Below are positions 10,418 through 19,360 of a DNA stretch of 64,000 bases, piece by piece; positions within the stretch are counted from its first letter, which is position 1, and the number at the start of each line of letters is the position of its first letter. Below the pieces are notes generated by a model. That model did not search any database, had not been told where the DNA came from, and worked only from the letters and a program-made list of their open reading frames with translations. Both the position numbers and the translations under genes were made by a program. Origin of the DNA: Austwickia sp. GTDB lineage: Bacteria > Actinomycetota > Actinomycetes > Actinomycetales > Dermatophilaceae. The stretch lies in the NCBI GenBank assembly GCA_016699675.1, contig CP064985.1, positions 748,551 through 812,550 on the forward strand, given 5' to 3'.

Positions 10418-10573
10418 CTCAGGCCTCCTTCGGCCGCTTGAAGTAGGCCACGAGGTTGCCCTCGGGCATCGTCACCACAGCCACCAGCTCCCAGCCGTCC
10501 TCGCCCCACGTGTTGAGGATGGCCTGGGTGTTGTGGATGAGGACCGGCGTCGTCGCGTACTCCCACCTCGTCA
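10418..10573 (-). CDS. DUF4177-family small protein (Rv3678A-like), 51 aa
   Basis: Own translation: MTRWEYATTPVLIHNTQAILNTWGEDGWELVAVVTMPEGNLVAYFKRPKEA. It abuts ridA. It is not in the ORF track because it falls below the size cutoff. Confidence 0.65.
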
Positions 10574-10709
10574 TGCCGTTCACCCTAATGGGCCGCTCGG
10601 AACGGGGCGCCGACCGCGGAGATCAAACGTGAGCAGCGCAACCCTCCGAACCGACAAATGCGACGGCTTCGGTGCGCGGCGCATCGGGCCCGCTCGTAGA
10701 GTGGCAGGC

Positions 10710-11810
10710 ATGTCGGACGACGTCCCCACGACCGGTTCTGGCGCGCCCGAGGGCAGCGCCGAGAGTTCGACCCCCGACTGGCCCGACGTGCGGTTGCACG
10801 TGGTGACCGGCAAGGGCGGCACCGGCAAGACGACGGTCGCCGCAGCGCTGGCGCTGACGCTGGCCAGCACGGGCCGCAAGGTCCTCGTGGCCGAGGTCGA
10901 GGGTCGGCAGGGGATCTCGCAGGCCCTCGACGTACCGCCATTGGCGTTCGAGGAACGCCCGATCATGAAGGTGTCGGGCGGCGGCGAGGTCTGGGGCATG
11001 GCGGTCGACGCGAAGGCCGCCCTCATCGAGTACCTCGCGATCTTCTACCACCTGGGCCGCGCCGGCCGGGCGCTCGAGAAGGTGGGCGCGATCGACTTCG
11101 CCACGACGATCGCCCCCGGCGTCCGGGACGTGCTGCTCATCGGCAAGGTCTACGAGGCCGTACGCCGTCGCGGGGCGCGACCGCGGCCCGACGGCGGGAT
11201 CGACTGGCAGTACGACGCGGTCGTGCTCGACGCCCCGCCGACCGGCCGGGTGGGCCGCTTCCTCGGGGTGAACCGCGAGGTCGCCGACCTGGCCAAGGTC
11301 GGTCCGATCCGGGCGCAGGCCGACTCCATCACCGCCATGTTGCGCTCGGGCTCCAGCGCCGTGCACATCGTCACCCTGCTGGAAGAGATGCCCGTGCAGG
11401 AGACCGTGGACGCCGTGGCGGAGCTCCGCGCGGCGCAGCTGCCGGTGGGCGGGATCATCGTGAACCAGGCGCGCGACCCGCTGCTTGATCCGAAGGAGCT
11501 GTCGGCCCTCGCCGCCGGTCACGTCGACCGGGCCGGCGTCGGGGCGGCGCTGCGCCGCTCGGGCGCCTACCCCGGCGACGACGGGTCCGGGCACGCCACC
11601 GACCGCGACGACTGGAGCGAGTCCTGCCTGGACGCCCTGCTCGCCGAGGGCGGCGCGCACGCCGAGCGGATGCGGCTGGAGGACGAGCAGTTCGCGGTCG
11701 TCGAGTCGCTGGGGCGGCCGGTGTACGTCCTGCCGCCCCTGCGCGGCGGCGTCGACGCGGACGGCGTTCGCATCCTCGCCCAGGAACTCGCCGATCAAGG
11801 AAGGTGGTGA
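10710..11810 (+). CDS. ArsA-like anion-transporting ATPase family protein (Rv3679-like)
   Basis: P-loop GKGGTGKTTVAAALA. Start at MSDDVPT. The N-terminal extension of the 595-aa ORF is spurious. Confidence 0.85.
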   Translation: MSDDVPTTGSGAPEGSAESSTPDWPDVRLHVVTGKGGTGKTTVAAALALTLASTGRKVLVAEVEGRQGISQALDVPPLAFEERPIMKVSGGGEVWGMAVDAKAALIEYLAIFYHLGRAGRALEKVGAIDFATTIAPGVRDVLLIGKVYEAVRRRGARPRPDGGIDWQYDAVVLDAPPTGRVGRFLGVNREVADLAKVGPIRAQADSITAMLRSGSSAVHIVTLLEEMPVQETVDAVAELRAAQLPVGGIIVNQARDPLLDPKELSALAAGHVDRAGVGAALRRSGAYPGDDGSGHATDRDDWSESCLDALLAEGGAHAERMRLEDEQFAVVESLGRPVYVLPPLRGGVDADGVRILAQELADQGRW

Positions 11811-11815
11811 GCCCC

Positions 11816-13048
11816 ATGACCACGCACGCCGCCAAACGTCCCGGTCAACCGGGCCGGTCCCTGTCGTCGGCCGCCCCCGCGCTGGACATGGACGCGCTGC
11901 TACGCGACACCAGCACCGGCATCCTCGTGTGCTGCGGCGCCGGCGGGGTCGGGAAGACGACCACCGCCGCCGCGCTCGGCCTGCGCGCCGCGGAGCAGGG
12001 CCGGCACGTCGTGGTGCTGACCATCGACCCGGCCCGCCGGCTCGCCCAGTCCCTCGGCCTGGTGGAGCTCGACAACACCCCGCGCGCCGTCGCCGGGATT
12101 GACACCTCGGCCGGCGGTTCTCTCGACGCCATGATGCTCGACATGAAGCGCACCTTCGACGAGATCGTCGAGGCGCACGCCTCCCCCGAGAAGGCGGAGC
12201 AGATCCTGGCCAACCCCTTCTACGTGGCCCTGTCCAGCTCGTTCGCGGGCACGCAGGAGTACATGGCGATGGAGAAGCTCGGGCAGCTGCACGATATGCG
12301 CGGCCCGGACGGCCGGCCGCGCTGGGACCTGGTCGTGGTCGACACCCCGCCGAGCCGCTCGGCGCTGGACTTCCTCGACGCCCCCGAGCGGCTGGGCAGC
12401 TTCCTCGACGGGCGGTTCATCCGGTTGCTGCTCGCGCCGGCGAAGGCGAGCGGTCGGGCCTACGTCAAGGTCGTCCAGGCGGGGATGAACCTCGCCGCGT
12501 CGACGCTGGACAAGATCCTCGGCTCGCAGTTGCTGGGCGACCTGCAGACGCTGGTGGCCGCGCTCGACTCCGTGTTCGGCGGCTTCCGGCAGCGCGCCAC
12601 GCAGACCTATGCGCTGCTGCAGGACTCCGGCACGGCGTTCCTCGTGGTCGCCTCGCCGGAGCGCGACGCCCTGCGCGAGGCGGGCTACTTCATGGACCGG
12701 CTTGCCGCGGACCGGATGCCGCTGGCCGGCGTGATCGTGAACCGGATGGGGCGGACGACGCTCACGCTCGACGCCGACGTGGCCGACCGGGGCGCCAGCC
12801 GACTCGAGGCCGCCAGCGCCGGCGCGGGTCCGCGGGGCGCGACCGCCGAGCACGTCGCGGCGGCGCTGCTGCGCATCCACGCCACGCGGGACGCGCTGGC
12901 CGAACGGCATCGCGCGGCAGCCAAGCGCCTGTCCGACGCCCACCCCGGGGTTCCGGTCGCCCAGGTGCCGGCGGCGGCCACCGACGTGCACGACCTCGAC
13001 GGGCTGCGGACCATCGGCGCCGAGCTGGCCGGCTGGGCCAGGGCGTAG
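11816..13048 (+). CDS. ArsA-like ATPase family protein (Rv3680-like)
   Basis: P-loop GAGGVGKTTTAAALG. AGGAAGG Shine-Dalgarno 8 nt upstream of ATG 11816. Overlaps the upstream paralogue. Confidence 0.85.
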   Translation: MTTHAAKRPGQPGRSLSSAAPALDMDALLRDTSTGILVCCGAGGVGKTTTAAALGLRAAEQGRHVVVLTIDPARRLAQSLGLVELDNTPRAVAGIDTSAGGSLDAMMLDMKRTFDEIVEAHASPEKAEQILANPFYVALSSSFAGTQEYMAMEKLGQLHDMRGPDGRPRWDLVVVDTPPSRSALDFLDAPERLGSFLDGRFIRLLLAPAKASGRAYVKVVQAGMNLAASTLDKILGSQLLGDLQTLVAALDSVFGGFRQRATQTYALLQDSGTAFLVVASPERDALREAGYFMDRLAADRMPLAGVIVNRMGRTTLTLDADVADRGASRLEAASAGAGPRGATAEHVAAALLRIHATRDALAERHRAAAKRLSDAHPGVPVAQVPAAATDVHDLDGLRTIGAELAGWARA

Positions 13049-13061
13049 CTCGGTCTCCAGA

Positions 13062-13367
13062 TCAGGCGGTGGCCGAGGTCTCGCCGAGCCGGTCGGCCTC
13101 GAAGAGCGCCCGGAAGGACCGGATGTTGGGGTGGCGCCGCAGCATGGCGCGGCGCTCCCGCTCGGTCATGCCGCCCCACACCCCGAACTCGGTCCGGTTG
13201 TCGAGGGCGTCCGCGAGGCATTCGGCGACGACGGGGCAGCGCTGGCAGATCTGCTTGGCCTGCTGCTGGGCGGCGCCCTGGACGAACAGAGCGTCGGGCG
13301 CCGACGTACGGCAGGCCGCCAGCGGCGTCCACTCGACGGTCCACGTGGTCCGCTGCTCGCGGTTCAT
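13062..13367 (-). CDS. whiB4: WhiB-family Fe-S transcriptional regulator (WhiB4-like by synteny)
   Basis: Four Cys (C-x-CxxC-x5-C) and the GVWGG turn. Start at MNREQRTTW. Lies between the arsA-like pair and ponA as Rv3681c does. Confidence 0.8.
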   Translation of the reverse strand: MNREQRTTWTVEWTPLAACRTSAPDALFVQGAAQQQAKQICQRCPVVAECLADALDNRTEFGVWGGMTERERRAMLRRHPNIRSFRALFEADRLGETSATA

Positions 13368-13720
13368 GGGAGCGACTTTGCTCACTGATGTCCATCCTTG
13401 TCCCGGCCCTGCTCGTGGCGGGCCACCGACATGCCAACAATTTGCACAGTAGAAACGCCCCCAACCCGCTGCCCATCCCCCGCGCGGGCCTGACCCGGTG
13501 GTCACTATGGACTAGTTACTAGGTAGTCACCACCCGCGTCCGAACTTATTGCCCGCATGAGTTCCGGTGTGCGACAGCGCAACTGGCCGCTTCGGACTGC
13601 TCGATCCTCGGCCGCGCGGTAGTTCTTCGGCGCCCCGGGCGAAACTCGGCCCGCACCGATAAACCCGTCACACGGCCCGCCGTCAGGCGGTCGCACAGCG
13701 CGGCGCCGTACTCTGCTTGC

Positions 13721-16096
13721 ATGCAGAGCCGTCCCTCCGGGTTCGCGAACGTCCTGCGCCTCATGGCCGCATTCGTCGCAGCCTCCATGGTCATGGGCCT
13801 GTTGGCCGCGGGCATCGCCATCCCCTTCGTGGGGGCGGGCGGCGCGACGGCCAAGGCAGCCGTGGGCACCTTCGATGCGCTACCCACCGAGCTGACCATG
13901 CCGGTGCTCGCCCAGCAAACGCGGATCCTGGCGAACGACGGGGCCACCGAACTCGCGACGCTCTACACCGAGAACCGCACGATCGTCCCGCTGACGGCCG
14001 TGAGCAAGGCCATGAAGGACGCCCAGATCGCGATCGAGGACGACCGCTACTACGAGCACGGCGGCATCGACACCCGGGGCCTCATGCGGGCCTTCGTCTC
14101 CACGATGCGCGGCGATCGGCAGGGCGCCTCGACGATCACGCAGCAATACGTCCGGCAGTCGCTCATCACGAACGCCCTGCTCAACGACGACGAGGAGCGG
14201 GCCAAGCGGGTCCAGGAGCAGCGCGGCATCCCCGGCATCGTCCGCAAGCTGCAGGAGGCCAAGTTCGCCATCGAGCTCGAAAAGCGGATGAGCAAGGACC
14301 AGATCCTCGAGGGCTACCTGAATCTCGTGTTCTACGGCGCGAATTCGTACGGCGTCGAGGCCGCGGCGATGCGCTATTTCGGGGTCCACGCCAAGGACCT
14401 GAACCTGCCCCAGGCCGCCATGATCGCCGGGATGGCGCAGGCGCCCACGACGTACAACCCGATGACCAACATGACCGCCGCCGTGAACCGGCGCAACGAC
14501 GTCCTGGACCGGATGGCCGCGACCGGGAAGGCGACCGCCGCGGAGGTCGCGGCCGCGAAGAAGACCCCGATCACGCTGAACAAGACCGAGATCAAGGGCA
14601 ACTGCCAGTCGGCCGTGGACAAGTGGGTCTGCCTGTACGTGCAGAACTGGCTCGTCAAGAACGCGACCTCGCTGGGCAAGACCGAGTCCGAGCGCACCGC
14701 GCGGCTGCTGCGCGGCGGGCTGACGATCAAGACCACCCTCGACGTCAACCTCATCAAGTCGACCCGCCAGATCCTCACCGAGTGGATCCCCCCGGACCAG
14801 GAGAACGAGGTGGGCACGGCGGCGGCGGTCGTCGAGCCGGGGACGGGCAAGGTCCTCGCTATCTGGCAGAGCTCGCAGCCCACCAACGAGCTGGTCTGGT
14901 CCATCGATTCCGACCTCGGGCACGGCGGCGGCTTCCAGATCGGGTCGACGGCGAAGACGTACGCCGTGGTCCAGGCGCTCAAGAAGGGCCTCGGCCCGTG
15001 GACGACGCTGTACGCGCCGCCCGGCGGCACGGTCTACAACCAGAACATGTTCCGCGCCGGGGACTGCAACGCGGCGGGTACGCCGTGGAAGGTCGGCAAC
15101 TTCGAGGGCACCCAGAGCGGGGCGATGAGCCTTCAGTCGGCGACGGTCTACTCGGTGAACACCGCCTTCGCCGACCTGGCCACCAAGATCGGCGTGTGCG
15201 ACACGAAGGCCCTCATGAAGGACATGGGTCTGCACAAGGCCGACGGCAGCGACTACGGCGACGTCTCCCCCTCGATCATCCTCGGCGCGGACAACGCCTC
15301 GCCGCTGACCATGGCGGCGTCGTACGCGACCCTCGCCGCCGGGGGCAAGTTCTGCGAGCCCTACCCGGTCGAGTCGATCACGCAGTACGACGGGAGCAAG
15401 CTCGACCTCAAGGTCGGCAACTGCCGCGACACCAGCGTCTCCCCGCGCATCGCGTACAACGCCACGCAGATTCTGCGCGGCGTGGTTCCGCCCAACCAGC
15501 TCGCCGACGGCCGCGACGCGGCGGCGAAGACCGGTACGGCGGACCAGGGTTCGCACCTGTGGATGATCGGCTACACCCCGCAGCGCTCCACCGCCGTCTG
15601 GACCGGCCGGACCAAGGACAACAAGCCGCTGACCGGCGCGCGCATCGGCAACAACTGGTACGGCAACCCCGTCGGGTCCCAGGTGTCCGGGCCGAGCTGG
15701 CGCCGCATCATGAACGTCGCGCACGCCAACCTGCCCAACGAGTCGTTCCGGATCATCGCCCGCACCAGCGCCGACGGCAAGGTCGTCGTGCCGGATCTGC
15801 GCGGGTCCTACCAGGACGAGGCGCGGCAGATCCTCGAGGACGCCGGCCTGACCGTGCGCACCGGCCAGTGGGTCAGCGACAACAACCTCGACGGCGGCCA
15901 GGTCGTTCGGACCGATCCCGCGGCGGGCACGACCGTGGATCGCGGGACCGCCGTCACCCTGACGCTCGCTGCCGCCCGCTACACGCCGCCGCCCGCGCCG
16001 CGCCAGCAGCCGCAGCCGAGCCGGGCGCAGACCACCGCTCCGCGCCCGTCGGCGTCGCGAAGCGCTCCGGCCGCCCGACCCACGACGCAGGACTGA
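13721..16096 (+). CDS. ponA2: class A penicillin-binding protein (transglycosylase plus transpeptidase) with C-terminal PASTA domain (PonA2-like)
   Basis: GT51 motifs (EDDRYYEHGGID, TITQQYV), transpeptidase motifs (STAK, SVN, KTGT), a PASTA domain, and a proline/alanine/glutamine-rich tail. Confidence 0.9.
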   Translation: MQSRPSGFANVLRLMAAFVAASMVMGLLAAGIAIPFVGAGGATAKAAVGTFDALPTELTMPVLAQQTRILANDGATELATLYTENRTIVPLTAVSKAMKDAQIAIEDDRYYEHGGIDTRGLMRAFVSTMRGDRQGASTITQQYVRQSLITNALLNDDEERAKRVQEQRGIPGIVRKLQEAKFAIELEKRMSKDQILEGYLNLVFYGANSYGVEAAAMRYFGVHAKDLNLPQAAMIAGMAQAPTTYNPMTNMTAAVNRRNDVLDRMAATGKATAAEVAAAKKTPITLNKTEIKGNCQSAVDKWVCLYVQNWLVKNATSLGKTESERTARLLRGGLTIKTTLDVNLIKSTRQILTEWIPPDQENEVGTAAAVVEPGTGKVLAIWQSSQPTNELVWSIDSDLGHGGGFQIGSTAKTYAVVQALKKGLGPWTTLYAPPGGTVYNQNMFRAGDCNAAGTPWKVGNFEGTQSGAMSLQSATVYSVNTAFADLATKIGVCDTKALMKDMGLHKADGSDYGDVSPSIILGADNASPLTMAASYATLAAGGKFCEPYPVESITQYDGSKLDLKVGNCRDTSVSPRIAYNATQILRGVVPPNQLADGRDAAAKTGTADQGSHLWMIGYTPQRSTAVWTGRTKDNKPLTGARIGNNWYGNPVGSQVSGPSWRRIMNVAHANLPNESFRIIARTSADGKVVVPDLRGSYQDEARQILEDAGLTVRTGQWVSDNNLDGGQVVRTDPAAGTTVDRGTAVTLTLAAARYTPPPAPRQQPQPSRAQTTAPRPSASRSAPAARPTTQD

Positions 16097-16136
16097 CCGG
16101 CATCCGACCCTCGCGCGGCGTCTGGGACGATGGTGC

Positions 16137-17069
16137 GTGATGAAGACGATCACCAAGTCCGCCCTCACGCTGGTCGGCACCGCGGTCGGCGGCCTCGCCT
16201 ACGCAGGTTTAGTTGAACGCAACGCGTTCGTCCTGCGCGAGCTGGCCGCGCCGGTGCTGCCCCGCGGCTCCCGCCCACTGCGCATCCTCCAGGTCGCCGA
16301 CGTGCACCTCATGCCCAGCCAGCAGCGCAAGGTCGCCTGGATCAAGGAGCTCGCCCGGCTGCGCCCGGACGCCGTCATCAACACCGGGGACAACATCTCG
16401 CACCCGAACGCGGTCGCGCCGCTGCTGGAGGCCATGTCGCCTTTCCTCGACCTGCCGGGCGCCTTCGTGATGGGCTCCAACGACTATTACGCGCCGACGA
16501 TGAAGAACCCGGCCCGCTACCTGTGGCGGAACTCGGAGCATCCGGACGGCCCCCGGTTGCCCACCGAGGCGCTGATTGCCGGCCTGGCGTCGCAGGGCTG
16601 GCTGAATCTCAACAACGCCCGCGCCCCGCTGTCGGTCGGCGGCCTGGAGCTGGAGCTGATCGGGGTGGACGATCCGCACATCCAGCTGGACCGGTACGAC
16701 GCCGTCGCCGGGCCGGCCGACCCCTCCGCCGACCTGACCGTCGGGGTCGTGCACGCGCCGTACCAGCGGGTTCTCGACGCGATGACCCGCGACGGCGCAG
16801 GGCTCGTCATCGCGGGGCACACCCACGGCGGCCAGGTGGCGCTGCCGGCTCTTGGAGCGCTCGTGACGAATTGCGACCTCGACCGTGGGCGCGCCAAGGG
16901 CGTGTCGCGGTGGTGGCCCGGCGCTGCCGGCGCGCCCGATGCGCAGGCCCCCGCGGACGCCGCGTGGCTGCACGTCTCGGCGGGGCTGGGCACGTCGCCG
17001 TACGCTCCCGTCCGGTTCGCCTGCCGCCCCGAGGCGACGCTGCTCACGTTGACGCCGCGCGACCGCTGA
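16137..17069 (+). CDS. metallophosphoesterase (Rv3683-like)
   Basis: Calcineurin-like motifs: DVH, GDNISH, GHTHGG. Confidence 0.8.
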   Translation: MMKTITKSALTLVGTAVGGLAYAGLVERNAFVLRELAAPVLPRGSRPLRILQVADVHLMPSQQRKVAWIKELARLRPDAVINTGDNISHPNAVAPLLEAMSPFLDLPGAFVMGSNDYYAPTMKNPARYLWRNSEHPDGPRLPTEALIAGLASQGWLNLNNARAPLSVGGLELELIGVDDPHIQLDRYDAVAGPADPSADLTVGVVHAPYQRVLDAMTRDGAGLVIAGHTHGGQVALPALGALVTNCDLDRGRAKGVSRWWPGAAGAPDAQAPADAAWLHVSAGLGTSPYAPVRFACRPEATLLTLTPRDR

Positions 17070-17310
17070 CGAGAACGACCGAACCTCTACCACTTCACCG
17101 CGCCTCGCGCCGAGGTTATGACATAGATCCTGTTCGAGATATGGCGCTCCGGCGATCTGACGGCGTTGTGGTAGTGCTTTGGGTCATCTCGACGCGGGCC
17201 TTAGCGCCGCGGGGGCACCGATTCGGAGTCTGCGATCACGATCCGCTAGCATGGGGCGTCGCCGGTTCCCGCGGGATGCGTTCAGCGGGAGTTCACCCGG
17301 CGACATGCCA

Positions 17311-17387
<77 letters not shown>

Positions 17388-17682
17388 TTACGGCCTTCAG
17401 GCCCGGCCCCGTCGATGACGTCAGCAGCGGACTATCGCCCTGAGTGAGTGACGTCACCCAGTCCGTACCACGGACCCCGTGCTGGCATCGAAAACCGCAA
17501 CCATGGTGACGGGAGTTCTGCGCCGTGGCGTGGCGCGGCCGGTGGGCTTGTGAGGAACCAGACGGACGCCGCGGGGCGCGCGCAGTCCTAGGCTTGAGCT
17601 GCGGAACGTCGCGGTTGGGACCCGGCGTGGCAGCGCAAGGTCGGCATCCGGGCGGCGTTCGGCGAACGCACAGCCGAAGGGG

Positions 17683-18390
17683 ATGAGCTCGATGACCACC
17701 ATGCTGAGCATCGAGGACGAGCACCGGCACTACCAGCGCCGGGCCGCGGAACTCCTCGACCGGATCGTCCTGCGCGACGGGACCACCGCCTGGATCGGAC
17801 CGCTGCAGCATAAGGACCGTGCCGACCTGGAGCGCGAGTACGAGACCCTGTCCTACACCTCGAAATGGCACCGCTTCCTCGGCGGGGTCCAGCATCTCAC
17901 TCCGGCGCTGCTCGACGCTCTCGTGGACGACGTCGACTTCATCGACCACGTCGCCCTCGTCGTGTTCGTCGACCACGACGGGATCCCAGAGCCCGCCGCC
18001 ATCGGCCGGATCGTCCGCCACGAGTCGGTCCCCGACGCCGCCGACATCGCCATCACCGTGAAGGACGCCTGGCAGCGACGCGGCATCGCGTCGGAGCTGG
18101 TACCGCGCCTGATCGGGCTCCGGCCGGCCGGGGTCACCCACCTGTTGACCGAGATCTCCACTGACAACGCCGCCTCGCTGGCCCTCGCCAAGCACGCCGG
18201 GACGCTGCGCATTCACCCGGCCGACGGCGTCTTCGACATCGAGGTGGACCTGGACGACCTCGGGGTCCGTTTCCCGCCGCCACCACCCGGGGAGCGGCTG
18301 CACCCCGCGCTGGAGGTCGACGGCCGCGCCCAGCTCCGCACCCGCGACCACCAGCACCTACACCCGACCGACGAGAAGCCTCAGCCCTGA
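17683..18390 (+). CDS. GNAT-family N-acetyltransferase
   Basis: Motif A (VKDAWQRRGIASELVPRLI) and motif B (NAASLALAKHAG). First gene after the tRNA. Confidence 0.6.
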   Translation: MSSMTTMLSIEDEHRHYQRRAAELLDRIVLRDGTTAWIGPLQHKDRADLEREYETLSYTSKWHRFLGGVQHLTPALLDALVDDVDFIDHVALVVFVDHDGIPEPAAIGRIVRHESVPDAADIAITVKDAWQRRGIASELVPRLIGLRPAGVTHLLTEISTDNAASLALAKHAGTLRIHPADGVFDIEVDLDDLGVRFPPPPPGERLHPALEVDGRAQLRTRDHQHLHPTDEKPQP

Positions 18391-18665
18391 CCGGCGGCGG
18401 CCGACGGAAGCCGCGTTCGGTTCGGTGGCTGCGGTCGCCCTTGCCACCGGACCTCTCGGTGAGCGCCGAGACCGAGACGGACCCGATGATCGCCCCCGTC
18501 GTGGCCGCATTGCTGCTGCTTCGACGACGGCAGCGGGGAGATCACAGGGGCGAACTCGTCGGCCGGGCTGGGGCGTCTGAGGAATTCGTCGGTCGGGGCG
18601 AGGCATCGGGACGCCTGAAGGCACGCGGCGGCGCCGGCCTCGAGGAGCACCGGGCGGGATGCGGA

Positions 18666-18851
18666 CTAAAAGCCGTGCGGCAGGGTCGTGGGCTGGCGCG
18701 CCGCCGCCTTCAGGGCCGCGAGCTTCTTGGCCTGGTCCTCGCTGAGCACGAACCGACCGCTGATCGCGGACCGCACGACAGGCTCCGTGGCGCCCTCGGC
18801 GTCGCCGTACGGTGTCGTGCCGTTGATCTTTCGCGCCCGCTTCGCCATCCC
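18666..18851 (-). CDS. hypothetical small protein (61 aa) with a strong Shine-Dalgarno sequence
   Basis: GGAGGAGG lies 6 nt upstream of the ATG. Protein MAKRARKINGTTPYGDAEGATEPVVRSAISGRFVLSEDQAKKLAALKAAARQPTTLPHGF. Beta-strand plus helix pattern reminiscent of DUF3117 or RHH proteins. Confidence 0.45.
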   Translation of the reverse strand, partial: GMAKRARKINGTTPYGDAEGATEPVVRSAISGRFVLSEDQAKKLAALKAAARQPTTLPHGF

Positions 18852-18868
18852 GGCCTCCTCCCGCGCCC

Positions 18869-19272
18869 TCATCCGGACCGTTGCCTCCGCCGCGCCGCGG
18901 CCACGGCGCCCCGCCGACCCAGCGCCGCCTCTCGGCGGGCCTCCGCCCGGGTCACGGTGTGCGCCTGGTACTTGGCCATCAGCCCTCCCAGGATCGCACG
19001 CTGACCCTGCACGGTCGAGGCGTCGAGCAACTCGGCGTACACGTCCGCGAACGTGTCTGGGTCCAGCTCGTCGATGTTCTTGTCCACCCAGTCGAACGTT
19101 TTCCACCACCGGTCGCTTCCGCGCTGTCGTGGACCGTGCGCCGATCGTTGATGTTCTTCTGCACCGCGACGAGCACGCCGAGCCCGGTCATCAGGCCGCC
19201 GAACCCCGCCGAGGTGACGAAACCCCCGAGCAGCAGCCGCGCCCACGTGAGGAAGTCGAGCAGTCCGTCCAT
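18869..19272 (-). pseudogene. small membrane-anchored protein, apparently frameshifted: N-terminal TM segment MDGLLDFLTWARLLLGGFVTSAGFGGLMTGLGVLVAVQKN joined in another frame to WWKTFDWVDKNIDELDPDTFADVYAELLDASTVQGQRAILGGLMAKYQAHTVTRAEARREAAL
   Basis: Two protein-like segments lie in adjacent frames on the same strand and meet near 19100. A one-base indel would join them. Confidence 0.35.
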
Positions 19273-19360
19273 GGTGGGGGCGTCACCTGGCCCAAGGCGG
19301 TACGTCGAGGCGGGCTCGCATGCCGCGAACGATAGCCCTTGGCCCCGACATAAGGTGGCT

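Noticed and set aside
9016-10566. 516-aa ORF as a single gene
   Set aside because: Its N-terminal 200 aa overlap ridA in another frame and are low complexity. Only the C-terminal NUDIX portion (9016-9939) is credible.
10023-10709. N-terminal 229-aa extension of the first arsA-like ORF
   Set aside because: It overlaps ridA and DUF4177 on the opposite strand. The P-loop protein begins at the internal Met at 10710.
17388-17690. Integrase or att direct repeat marking a tRNA-Pro-integrated element
   Set aside because: No tyrosine-recombinase ORF follows the tRNA. I could not find a copy of the tRNA 3' end near 28.4-28.5 kb or elsewhere by eye. The island call therefore rests on synteny and content only.
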